Shown here: piece after piece, positions 40,301-55,300 of the stretch | Numbering within the stretch: the stretch's first letter is position 1 | Layout of the letters: every line of letters begins with the position of its first letter | Assembly: GCA_052327205.1 (NCBI GenBank) | Contig: JBMRGM010000036.1 | Coordinates: forward strand, 26,164,001 to 26,228,000 | Origin: Somniosus microcephalus | Taxonomy: Eukaryota | Direction of reading: 5' to 3' | Length of the DNA stretch: 64,000 bases | Translations under genes and position numbers: made by a program | Notes under the pieces: generated by a model | The model's database searches: none | What the model saw: only the letters and a program-made list of their open reading frames with translations | What the model was told of the DNA's origin: nothing

Positions 40301-43300
40301 CTTCATCCATTCAACCCATTCTCTGTCCAACACGCTCATCCATTCATTTTCTTCTCCATTTAATCAACAAATATTCCATCCAACGTTACCCCCACTCATT
40401 CTTCCCCCCATACAATCAGCCACCTCTCCATTCAACATTGTCTCCAATCACCATTCAATCATTCCGCAGAACCATTCATTCATCCAACATTCTCTCCAAG
40501 CGTCAATCAATCCATTTGTCCAACATTCCCTCCAGACTTCATTCAATCCATCCACTATTCTGCCAATCATCCAATACTCTCTACAAACATTCATTCATCC
40601 ATCCATTTATGCATTAATTCAACATATAATCCACAAAAATCTTCTCGTCAATAAACCATTATTACTCTATCCATCACCTCAACCAATCATCCATCGGTTC
40701 AACAACTCCCCATCCTGCTCTCCTTCCAAATAACCATCTATAAACTCAAGCACATGCCCATCCAGTATTTCCTTCAATCACCCATCCATCCATCAGCTCC
40801 TCGAAACAACCATCAATCCAATAGGCTTCTATTGCACCCGCCCTCCAAACAAACCACAATCCATCCATTCAACTACCTATCCATCCAACTCCCCCTCCAT
40901 TCATTCATCTTCCACTCATTCAAAAACACTCATGCAACATTCACTCCATTCAGGCATCCCTTTATCCACTAAATTGCCAGCTCTTACCACAGTCCCTTTG
41001 AACAACCATTCTTCCACTCAACACGCCTTGTATTCAATCATCTCTCGATCCATTCAAACAGTTCTCCATCCATTCCCTTAATTCATCCCTTTACCCATTC
41101 TACTACCGGAGCATCCACAATCCCTCTAATCAATCACACATCCACTTAAACACTTCTCTGGCCAACACGCTCTATTCATTCTTCTCTCAAGCAACAGCTC
41201 ATCCATTCAGCACACACTGCACTCTTTCATCCATCCATAAATGTAACCAATTCTCCTTCAAACATTCCCTCCAATCATCCATCAATCCATCCACTGTACT
41301 TCCTATCATTCGATACTGCCTACAATCATCCATCAATCCATCCACTGTACTTCCTATCATTCAATACTGCCTACAATCATCCATCCATCTATCCAATCAC
41401 CTGCCCAACCAAAACGCTCTCCATCCAACACCACATCCTTCCATTCAACCAATTCTCCACCAAACACCCTCTCCATTCCTTCACCTTGCCATTCATGCAA
41501 TTACCCACCCATCAAACTTTCCGAACATTCATTCACCCCTTTACTAATTCAACTACCTCTCCATCGAAAAATCCTTCTGACCAACTATGCATCCACTCAA
41601 TCACCCATTCATTCAAAAATTATCTCAATGACTTCACCTTTCCTTTCATTCAACAATCTCTCCATCCAACACTCTCTGAATTCATTCACATCTTCATTCA
41701 TTCTATTGTGTATATATCCAACACTCACTCTCTTCATTAATTCGACCAGCATTTGAAACAGTTCTCCTTCCATCACTCCCTCCATTAATTTACCTCCCCA
41801 TCCATTCATTCACCACTCCAACCAGTCAACCCATTCTGCGTCCAAAACGCTCATCCATCCAATCACTCAACCGATATTACATCCAACATTACCTCCATAA
41901 ATTCAACAACATCTCCTTCCAACATTGTCTCCAAACCTCAAACAAGCCATCCACTATACCTCCAATCAACCAAGACTCTCTGCAATCATTCATTCAATCA
42001 TCAATTTATTCATTCATTCAACCTCTCATACATCCAGCAACTTTTTTATTCAATAATATATTATTCATCTCTCCATCACTTCAGCCAATCATCCATCCGT
42101 TGCACAACACCCCATCCAGCTCCCCTTCAGAACATCCATCTATAAACTCAAACCCCTGTCCATCCCTTACTCCCTTCAATCATCAATCCATCCATTGAAA
42201 CAGCCAAGCATCTATCCATCAGTTCCTCCAAACATCCAACCATGCATCAATCCAACAGTCTTCTATCCCAGCTGCCCACCAGATAAACCGCAATCCATCC
42301 ATTCGAACAGTTATCCATTCAACTCTTCCTCCATTCATTGAAACCACCCTTCCATCTAAAGTTCACTCCATTCATTCACCCCTTCACAAATTCAACTAGC
42401 TGTTTTCCCACAATTGGGATCAATCATCCATCCATTCAACTAACTATCCATTCAACTCTCCCTCCATTCATTCATCTTCCCCTCATTAAAAAACCCACTC
42501 ATGCAACTTTCACTCCATTCAATCATCCCGCTATCAGCTAAAATGCCTGTTAATACAACAGGCCCTTTGATGAACCATTTTTCCACTCAACACGCCTTGA
42601 ATTCATGCATCCCTCGATCCATTCAAACAGATCTCCATTATCTCCCTTCATTCATCCCTTTAATAATCAACTACCTGAGCGTCCAGATTCCCTCTAATCA
42701 ATCTCCCATCCACTCAAAGAACTATCAAGACAACACATTCTATTCATTCATCTCTCAATCCACAGCTCATCCATACAGCACACCCTGTGCTCGATCATCC
42801 ATCCATAAATACAACCACACCAACATTCCTTCCAATCATCAATCAATCCATCCTCTTTAATTCCAATCAAACAATACTGTCTGCAATCATTCATTCAATC
42901 ATCCATCCAATCACTTACCCATCCAACACGCTTTCTATCCAACACAGCATCCTTGCATACAACCAATTCTGGATCGAACACTCTCTCCATTCCTTCAGCT
43001 TTGCATTCATTCAATCACCCATTCATCTGACAGTCCCTCCATTCATTGCGCTCTTTATCAATTCCACTAGCAACCCTTCAAAATTTAGCCCTGTCCAACT
43101 ATCCATCCACCCAAACACCATACATCCCACACACTCTCCATTCAAAACCACATCCATCAAACACTTATTCCATTCATTTCCTTCTCCATCCACGCAACCA
43201 TACATCTATCCAACACGCTCTTCATTCATTCACCTCCCCATTCATTCAACCACTATTCTTTCCAACACTCCCTCCATTCATTCAATCTTCAACACCCAAC

Positions 43301-46300
43301 ACTCTCAAATAATTTACCTCTTTATTCACTGAAACAATTCTCCGTCCAACATTACATCCATTCATCTTCCCTCTATAAATTTAACCATCTCTCTATCGAA
43401 CACTTCCTCCAAACATCAAACATTCCATCTATTGAACCATCCATTCATCCAACATTGACTCCAACCATCAATCAATCCATCCACTAAACTTTCAATCATT
43501 CAGCACTTTCTACAATCACTCATCCATCCAATCACCTACACATCCAAAAAGCTCTCCAGCTAACACCACATCCTTCCATTCAACCAATTCTCCATCCAGC
43601 GCCCTATTCATTCCTTCACCTTTCCACTCATGCAATCACCCATCCAGCAAACTTTCCCACCATTCATTCACCCTTTAACAAATTCAACTACCTCTCCATC
43701 GAAAAATTCTTCTGACATAACAACCATCCGCTCAATCACCCATTCATCCAAATGTTCTCTCAATTACTTCATCTTTCCATTCATTCAACCACCTATCCAT
43801 CCAAAAATATCTCCATTCATTCACATCTTCATTCATTCCACTGTGGATCTATCCAACACTCCCTCCATTCATTAATTCTACCAGCCTTTCAACCAATTCT
43901 CCATCTATCACTTCCTCCATTAATTTAAATCCCCATCCATTCATTTACCCCTCCATCCATTCACCCCATTCTGTGCCAAAACTCTCATTCATACATTCAC
44001 TGATCCGATATGCCATCCAACATTAACAACATTCATTATTCTCTCCATAAATTCAACCGCCTCTACGTCAAACATTGTCTCCAAATATCATTACATCCAT
44101 CGACTATTCTTCCAATCATCCAATTATCTCTACAACCGTTCATTGATCCAACCATTTATGCATCCTTTCCATCTCTCATCCATCTAACAACTCTTCTATT
44201 CAATAATCCATCATTCATCTATGCATTACCTCAACCAATCATCTATCCGTTCAACAACTCCCCATCCAGCTCTCCTTCCAAACATCGATCTATAAACACA
44301 GAAACCTGTCCATCCCGTACTCTTTTCAATAGTCCATCCATTCATTGAAACAAATATCCATCTATAAATCTGTTCTTCCAAACATCCAGCCATTCATCAA
44401 TCCAACAGTCTTCTATCCCACCCACCCTCCAAACAAACCACAATTCATGCATTCGAACAATAATCCAATCAACTCTCTGTACATTTGTTTAAACCACCCA
44501 TCCATCTAAAGTTCACTCCATACATTCATCCGTTTATCAATTCAACTAGCTGTCCATCCCACAATTTGGACCAATCATCCATCCATTCAACCATCTATCC
44601 ATCCAACTCTCCTTCATTTCATTCATCGTCCACTCATTCTAAAACCCACTCACGCAACTTTTACTCCATTCAGTTATCTCGCTATCAGATAAACTGCCTC
44701 TTCATACAACAGTCCCTTTGATGAACCATTCTTCCACTCAACACGCCCTGAATTCATTCATCCCTCAAACCATTCAAACAATTATCTATCGTCTCCCTTC
44801 ATTCATCCCATTATCATTCAACCAGCTGAGTTTCCACATTCCCTCTGATCAATCTCCCATCCACTCAAAAATCTCTCTCGCCAAAATGCTCTATTCATTC
44901 ATCTCTCAATCAACAGCTCATCCATCCAGCACACCCTGTACTCGATCATCCATCCATAAATACAACCACTCCAAAATTCCCTCCAATCATCAATCAATCC
45001 ATCCTCTTTACTTCCAATCATACAATACTCTCTACAATCATTCATTCAATCGACCATCCAATCACCTACCCATCCAACACGCTTTCTATCCAAAACAACA
45101 TCCTTGTATTCAACCAATTCTGGATACAACACTCTCTCCAGTCCTTCAGATTTGCATTCATTCAATCACCCATTCACCAGACTGTCCCTCCATTCATTCC
45201 ACTCTTTCAATTCCACTAGCAACCCTTCCAGATTTAGCCCTGTCCAACTATCCATCCACCCAAACACCATACATCCCACACAATCTCCATTCAAAACCGC
45301 ATCCATCAAACACTCTTTCCTTTCATATGCTTCTCCATCCACGCAACCATGCATTTATCCAACACACTCTCCATTCATTCACCTCCCCATTCATTCAACC
45401 ACTATTCTTTCCAACACCCTCCATTCATTCATTCTTCAATCCCCAACACTCTCAAATAATTTACCTCTTTATTCACTGAAACAATTCTCCATCCAACATT
45501 ACATCCATTCATTCTTCCCTCTATAAATTTAAGCATCTCTCTATCGAACACTTCCTCCAAACATCAAATATTCCATCTATTGAACAATCCATTCATCCAA
45601 CATTGACTCCAACCAACAATCAATCCATCCACTGTACTTTCAATCATTCAAATCTTTCTACAATCACTCATCCATCCATCCAATCACCTATACATCCAAC
45701 ACGCTCTCCATCCAACACCACATCCTTCCATTCAACCTATTCTCCATCCAGCGCCCTATTCATTCCTTCATCTTTGCACTCATGCAATCACCCATCCATC
45801 AAACTTTCCGACCATTCATTCACCCTTTAACAACTCATCGCCATTGAAAAATTATTCTGTCATAATATACTTCCGCTCATTCACCCATTCATACAAATGC
45901 TCTCTCAATTACTTCATCTATCCATTCATTCAACCACCTATCCATCCAACAATCTCTCCATTCAGTCACATCTTCAGTCCTTCCACTGCAGATCTATCCA
46001 ACACTCTCTCCATTCATTAATTCTACCAGCCTTTCAACCAATTCTCCATCTATCACTTCCTCCATTAATTTAACTCCCCATCCATTCATTCACCCCTCCA
46101 TCCAAACAACACATTCTGTGTCCAAAACTCACATTCATCCATTCACTGAACCGATATTCCATCCAACATGAACAACACTCATTCTTCCCTCCATAAACGT
46201 CGAACATTGCCTCAAAATATCATTCAATCCATCCACTATGCTTCCACTCATGCAACATTCACTCCTTTCAGTCATCCCTTTTTCAGCTAAACTGGCTGTT

Positions 46301-49300
46301 CATACCACAATCCCTTTGATCAACCATTCTTCCACTCAACAATACCTGTGTTCATTTATCCCTCGATCTATTAAACCACCCATCAATCCAACAGTCTTCT
46401 ATCCCACCCACCCTCCAAACAAACCACAATTCATGCATTCGATCAATTATCCAATCAACACTCCATCCATTCATATAAACCACACATCCATCTAAATTTC
46501 CATCCATTCATTAATCCCTTTATCAATTCAACTAGCTGTCCATCCCACAATTGGAACCAATCATCCATCCATTCAACTACCTGTCCATCCAACTCTCCCT
46601 CATTGCATTCATCTTCCACTCAATCAAAAACTCACTCATGCAACTTTCACTCCATTCAGTCATCCCTTTGTCAGCTAAACTGGCTGTTCATACCACAGTC
46701 CCTTTGATCAACAATTCTTCCACTCAACAATACCTGTATTCATTCATCCCTCGAGTTCGCCATCATTTCTCTTCATTCATCCCCTTCATCAAATTCCTGA
46801 ACTTCCACATTCGCTTTGATTAACCACCCATCCACTCCAACTATTCTCTGGCCAACACGCTCTATTCATTCTTCTCTCAATCCAAAGCTGATCCATCCAG
46901 CACACCCTGTACTCTTTTATCCATCCATAAATACAAACACGTCTGAATCCAAAATTGCCTCCAAACATCAATCAATCTATCCACTGTACTTCCTATCATC
47001 CAATGTTCTACAATCATTCATTAATGCCTCCATCCAATCACCTACCCAACCAACAAGTTCTCCATCCAATATAAAACCTTGCATTCAACCAATTCTCGAT
47101 GAAACACTCTCTCCATTCCTTCACATTTGTATTCATTCAATCAACCATCTATCCGACTGTCCCTCCATTAATTCAGCTCTAATCCATTCCACTACATGCC
47201 CTTCCAAATTTACCCCTGTACATCAATCCATCCACCCAAACACCATACACCCCACATACGCTCCATTCAATACCCCATCCATCAAGCACTCTTTCCATTC
47301 ATTCGCCTCCCCATTCATTCAACCTCACATATTTCCAACATTCCCTCCATTCGATCATGCTTCAATCCCCAACACTTTCTCCATTCAGTTACCAATTCCA
47401 TCACTGAAACAATTCTCCATCCAACATTACATCCATTCATTCTTCCCTCTATAAATTTAACCTTCTCTCTATCGAACAGCCCCTCCAAACATCAATCAAT
47501 CCATCTATTGAACCATCCATTCATCCAACATTCACTCCAATCATCCATCAATACATCAAATGTACCTTCAATCATTCAATAATTCCTACAATCATTCAAG
47601 CATTCATCCATCCAATCACCTGCACATCCAACACGCTCTCCCTCCAACTCCACATCCTTCCATGCAATCAATTCTCATTCCTTCACCTTTCCGCTGATGC
47701 AAACACACATTCATTAAACTTCCCCACCATTCATTCACCCCTTTAATAATTCTACTACCTCTCCATCTAAAAAACCTTCTGACATAATATCCTTCCACAC
47801 ATTCACCCATTCATCCAAATGTTCTCGCAATTACTTCACCTTTCCTTTCATTCAACCACCTATCCATCCAACAGTCTCTCCATTCATTCACCTGCAGATC
47901 TATCCAACACTCCCTCCATTCATTAACTGTACCAGCCTTTCAATCAATTCTCCATCCATCACTCCCTCCAATAATTTAACTCCCCATCCATTCATTCATC
48001 CCTCCATCCATTGAAGGCATTCTGTGTCCAAAACTCTCATCCACCCAATCACTGAAACGATATTATATCCCACATTAACACCATTCATTCTTCCCCCCAT
48101 AAATACAACACTTCCATCCAACATTGTATCCAAAACTCAATAAATCTATCCACTAAACTTCAAGTCAACCAATACTCTCTACAATCATTCATTCATCCAT
48201 CCTTTTATGCATTCATTCAAGCTCTCAGCCATCTAACAACTCTTCAATTCAATAATCCATCATTCATCTAACCATCACCTCAACCAATCATCTATCCGTT
48301 CAACAACTCCCCATCCAGCTCACCTTCCAAATAACGATTTATAATCTCAGAAACGTGCCCATCCCGTACTCCCTTCAATCATCCATCAATCCATTAAAAC
48401 AACTATACTTCTATCCATCAGTTCCTCCAAACATCCAACCATGCTTCAATCCAACAGTCTTCTCTCCCACCCACCCTCCAAACAAACCACAATACATCCA
48501 TTCGCACAATTATCCATTCAAATCTTCTTCCATTCATTCAAACCACACATCCGTCCAAAGTACCCTCCATTCATTCACCCTTCAGCAATTCAACTATCTG
48601 TTATTTCCACAATTGGGAACAATCATCCATCCATGCAACCAGATATCCATCCAACTCTCCCTGCATTCATTCATCTACCCCTCATTAAAAAACTGCCACA
48701 TGCAACTTCCACACCATTCATTCATCTCTCTATCAGCTAAACTGCCTTTTCATACAACAGGCCCTTTGATCTACCATTCTTACGCTCAACATGCCCTCTC
48801 TTCATTCATCCCTCGATCTATTCAACCAGTTCTACATCCTCTCCCTTCATTCATCCCTTTATTTTTCATATACCTGAGCTTCCACATTCCCTCTGATGAA
48901 CCACCCATCCACTCAAACAACTCTAGCCAACACGCGCTATTCATTCTTCTCTCAATCCACAGCTCACCCATCCAGCACATCCTGCACTCTTTCATCCTTA
49001 AATACAACCTCTTCTGATTCCAACATTCCCTACACTCATCAATCAATCCACCTTTTGAAGAATCCACTCAACTAGCATTGACTCCAATCATCAAAAAATC
49101 CATCCCCTGTACTTCCAATCTTACAATACTCTCTACAATCATTCATTTAGCCAGCCATTCAATCACCTACCCATCCAACATGCTCTCGATCCAACAATAC
49201 AACCTACCATTCAACCAAATCTCGAACCAGCACTCTCTCTATTCCTGCAGCTTTGCATTCATTCAATCACCATTCATCAGACTGTCCCTCCATTCATTCA

Positions 49301-52300
49301 GCTATTTATCAATTCCACTAGCAGCCCTTCCAAACTTACCCCGTCCAACTATCCATCCACCCAAACACCATCCATCCCGCACACTCTCCATTCAAAACTG
49401 CATCCATCAAACACTCCCTCCATTCATTAACTTCTCCATCCACGATATCATGCATCTATCCAACACGCTCTCCATAAAATTAACCGTCTCTCTATCGAAA
49501 ATTCCCTCCAAACATCAATCAATCCAGCTATTGATCTATCCATTCATCCAACATTCACTCCAATCATCAATCAATCCATCCACTTTACTTTCAATCATTC
49601 AGTACTTGCGACAATCATTCATCCATCCATCCATCCATCCAATCACCTGCACATCCACCACAATCTCCATCCAACACCACAGCCTTCCATTGAACCAAAT
49701 CTCCATCCAGCGCCCTATTCATTCCTTCACCTTTCCATGCATGCAATCACCCATCCATCAAACTTTCCGACCATTCATTCACCCTTTTACAAATTCAAAT
49801 ACCCCTCCATTGAAAAATCCTTATTGCACAATAACCATCTGCTCAATCACCCATTCATCCTAATTTTCTCTCAATTACTTCATCTATCCATTCATTCAAT
49901 CACCTATCCATCCAAAAATCTCTCCATTCATTCACATCTTCAGCCATTCCACTGCGGATCTATCCTACACTCCCTCCATTCATTGATTCTACCAGCCTTT
50001 CAACCAATTCCCCATCCATCATTCCCTCCATTAATATGCGTCTTCATCCATTCATTCACCCCTCAATCCATTCAACCCATTCTGTGTCCAACACGCTCAT
50101 CCAATCATTTACCTCTGCATTCAATGAAATGACATAAAATACATTCATCGTTCCCTCCGTAAATTCAACCACTGCTCCATCTAACATTGCTTCCAATCTC
50201 CATTCAATTCTTTCACAGAACTATTCATTCATCCAGCAAACCCTCGAAACTTCAATCAATTCATCCACTTTCCCCCAGTACTCCAATACACCCTACAATC
50301 ATTCATTCATCCATCAATTCATGCTTTCATTCAAACACTCAATATTCTAACAACTCTTCTGTTCAATAATCCATCATCCAGCTGTCCATCACCTCAACCT
50401 ATCATCTATCCGTTCAGCAACTCCCCATCCAGCACTCCTTCAAAATATCGATCTATAAACTCAACCATCTGCCCATCCAGTACTCCCTACAATCATCCAT
50501 TCATCCATTGAAACGTCCACCCATCTATCTATGTGATCTTCCTAACATCAATCAATTAAACGGATTTCTATCCCACCCACACACCAAACATCCAGGATCC
50601 ATCCATTCGAACAATTTTATATTCAACTCTTCCTCCATTCATTCAAACCACTCATCCATCTAAAGTTTGGTCCATTCATTCATTCCTTCAGCAATTCAAT
50701 TAGCTGTTTTTCCCACAATTAGGAACAATCATCCATCATTTCAACCATCTATCCATCCCACGCTCCCTCCATTCATTCAACTTCCCAATCATTCAAATGC
50801 CCACTCATGCAACTTTCACTCCATTCAGTCATCGCTTTAACAGCTAAACAGGCTGTTCATACCACAGTCCATTTCATCAAACATTCTTCCACTCAACATG
50901 CCCTATATTCATTCATCCCTCGATCCATTTAACCAGTTCTCCATCCACTCCCTTCATTCATCTGTTTCTCCATTCAACTACCTGAGCTTCTACATTCCAA
51001 CTGATCATTGACACATCACTCAAACAACTCAATAGCTCGCATGCTCTATTCATTATTCGCTCAATCCGCAGCTCATCCATCCAGCACATCCTGTACTCTT
51101 TCATCCATCAATAAATACAGCCACTTCTCTATCCAACATTCCATCCAATCATCAATGAATCCATCCACTGTACTGCCAATCAAATAATACTCTCTACAAT
51201 CATTCATTCATCCATCCGTCCAAACACCTAACCACCCAACACGCTCTCCATCCAATACTACATCCTTCCATTCAACCAATTCTCGATCCAACACTCTCTC
51301 CAATCCTTTATCTTTGCATTCATTCAATCACCCATTCATTCGCCTCTTTAACAATTCCACTAGCTGCCCTTCCAAAATTACCCCTGTCCAACTATCCATC
51401 CACCCAAACACCATCCATCCCACACGCTCTGCATTCAACACCCCATCCATCTAACCCTCTCTCCATTCATTCACTTCTCCATCCATTTAACCATGCATCT
51501 ATCCAACACCCTCTCCATTCATTCACCTCCCCATTCATTCAACCACTATACTTTCCAACACTCCCTCTTTTCATTCTTTCTTCAATCCCTAACATACTCT
51601 CCATTGCTTTAACTCTTCATTCACTGAAACAATTCTCCATCCAACATTACATATTCATTCATCCCTCTATAAATTATTTCCCTCTCCATCTATTCAACCT
51701 ATTCTCCATCCATACTCTCTCCAATCTTTTAGCTTTCCTAACATTCAAACATCCCTTCATCCATTCAAAACATTCTCTGTCCAACACGCTCATCCATTCA
51801 CTTACTTCTCCATTTAATCAACAAATATTCCATCCAACGTTACCGCCACTCATTCTTCCCTCCATACATTCAGCCACCTCTCCATTCAACATTGTCTCCA
51901 ATCATCATTCAATCATTCTGCAGAACCATTCCTTCATCCAACATTCTCTCCAAGCGTCAGTCAATCCATTCGTCCAAAATTCCCTCCAGACTTCATTCAA
52001 TCCATCCACTATTCTGCCAATCATCCAATACTCTCTACAAACATTCATTCGTCCATCCATTTATGCAGTAATTCAACATATAATCCATAAAAATCTTCTA
52101 GTCAATAAACCATTATTCCTCTATCCATCACCTCAACCAATCATCCATCGGTTCAACAACTCCCCATCCAGCTCTCTTTCCAAATAACCATCTATAAACT
52201 CAAGCACCTGCCCATCCAATATTTCCTTCAATCACCCATCCATCCATCAGCTCCTCGAAACAACCATCAATCCAATAGGCTTCTATTGCACCCGCCCTCC

Positions 52301-55300
52301 AAACAAACCACAATCCATCCATTCAACTACCTATCAATCCAAATCCCCCTCCATTCATTCATCTTCCCCTCATTCAAAAACACTCACGCAACATTCACTC
52401 CATTCAGTCATCCATTTATCTGCTAAACTGCCTACTCATACCACAGTGCCTTTGTTCAACCATTCTCCCACTCAACACGCCTTGTATTCAATCATCTCTC
52501 GATCCATTCAAACAGTTCTCCATTCATTCCCTTCATTCATCTCTTTATCCATTCTACTACCTGAGTGTACACAATCCCTCTAATCAATCACACATCCATT
52601 CAAACACTTCTCTGGCCAACACGCTCTATTCATTCTTCTCTCAATCCACAGCTCATCCATTCAGCAAACACTGTACTCTTTCATCCATCCATAAATGTAA
52701 ACACTTCTCCTTCAAACATTCCCTCCAATCAATAAAAATTGCATTCACTGATCCAATCATCAAACATTCTAGCCACTGAACCTTCCCTTCTTCAAACATT
52801 GCCTCCAATCATCCATCAATCCATCCACTGTACTTCCAATCATTCAATACTGCCTACAATCATTCATCCATCTATCCAATCACCTGCCCATCCAACACGC
52901 TCTCCATCCAACACCACATCCTTCCATTCAACCAATTCGCCACCAAACACCCTCTCCATTCCTTCACCTTTCCATTCATTCAATTACCCATCCATCAAAC
53001 TGACCGAACATTCATTCACCCCTTTACTAATTCAATTACCTCTCCATCGAAAAATCCCTCTGACCAACTATGCATCCACTCAATCACCCATTCATTCAAA
53101 AGTTCTCTCAATGACTTCACCTTTCCTTTCCTTCAACAATCTCTCCATCCAACACTCTCAGAATTCATTCACATATTCATTCATTCTATTGCGAATATAT
53201 CCAACACTCACTCTCTTCATTAATTCTACCAGCCTTTGAAACAGTTCTCCTTCCAACACTCCCTCCATTAAATTACCTCCCCAACCATTCATTCACCACT
53301 CCAACCAGTCAACCCATTCTGTGTCCAAAACGCTCGTCCTTCAATTCACTCAACTGATATTCCATCCAACATTACCTCCATTCTTCCCTCCATAAATTCA
53401 ACAATATCTCCTTCCAACATTGTCTCCGAACGTCAAACAATCCATCCACTATACCTCCAATCAACCAAGACTCTCTACAATCATTCATTCAATCGTCAAT
53501 TTATTCATTCATTCAACATCTCATACATCCAGCAACTTCTTTATTCAATGTATTATTCATCTCTCCATCACCTCAGACAATCATCCATCCGTTGCACAAC
53601 ACCCCATCCAACTCCCCTTCAAAACACCCATCTATAAACTCAAACACCTCTCCATCCCTTACTCCCTTCAATCATCAATCCATCCACTGAAACAGCCAAG
53701 CATCGATTCATCAGTTCCTTCAAACATCCAACCATGCATCACTCCAACAGTCTTCTATCCCAGCTGCCCATCAGATAAATCGCAATCCATCCATTCGAAC
53801 AGTTATCCATTCAACTCTTCCTCCATTCATTGAAACCACCCTTCCATCTAAAGTTCCCTCCATTCATTCACCCCTTCACTAATTGAACTAGCTATTTCCC
53901 CACAATTGGGACCAATCATCCATCCATTCAACTAAATATCCATTCAACTCTCCCTCCATTCATTCATCTTCCCCTCATTAAAAAACCCGCTCATGCAACT
54001 TTCACTCCATTCAGTCATCCCGCTAGCAGCTAAACTGGCTGTTAATACAACAGACCCTTTGATGAGCCATTTTCCCACTCAACACACCTTGAATTCATTC
54101 ATCCCTCGATCCATTCAAACAGATCGCCATCATCTCCCTTCATTCATCCCTTTATCATTCAACTACCTGAGCATCCAGATTCCTTCTGATCAATCTCCCA
54201 TCCACTCAAAGAATTATCTAGACAACACATTCTATTCATTCATCTCTCAATCCACAGCTCATCCATCCAGCACACCCTGTACTCGATCATCCATCCATAA
54301 ATACAACCACTCCAACATTCCCTCCAATCATCAATCAATCCATCCTCTTTACTTCCAATCATACAATACTCTCTACAATCATTAATTCAATCATCCATCC
54401 AATCACCTGCCCATCAAACACGCTTTCTATCCAAAACAACATCCTTGCATTCAACCAATTCTGGATCCAACACTCTCTCCATTCCTTCAGCTTAGCATTC
54501 ATTCAATCACCCATTCATCAGACTGTCCCTCCAATCATTCAGCTCTTTATCAATTCCACTAGCAACCTTCCAAATTTAGCCCTGTCCAACTATCCATCCA
54601 CCCACACACCATACACCCCAAACACTCTCCATTCAAAACCGCACCAATCAAACACTCTTTCCATACATTTTCTTCTCCATCCACGCAACCATGCATCTAT
54701 CCAACACGCTCTTCATTCATTCACCTCCCCATTCATTCAACCACTATTCTTTCCAACACTCCCTCCATTCATTCATTCTTCAATCCCCAACACTCTCTCA
54801 AATTATTTACCTCTTTATTCTCATAAACAATTCTCCATCCAACATTACATCCATTAATTCTTCCCTCTATAAATTTAAACATCTCTCTATCGAACACTTC
54901 CTCCAAACATCAAACATTCCATCTATTGAACCATCCATTCATCCAAAATTGAGTCCAACCATCAATCAATCGATCCACTAAAGTTTCAAACATTCAGTTC
55001 TTTCTACAATCAATCATCCATCCATCCAATCACCTACACATCCAACAAGCTCTCCATCTAACACCACATCCTTCCATTCAACCAATTCTCCATCCAGCGC
55101 CCTATTCATTCCTTCACCTTTCCACTCATGCAATCACCCATCCATCAAACTTTCCCAACATTCACTCACCCTTTTATTATTTCAACTACCTCTCAATCAA
55201 AAAATTCTTCTGACATAACAACCATCCGCTCAATCACCCATTCATTCAAATGTTCTCTCAATTACTTCATCTTTCCATTCATTCAACCACCTATCCATCC

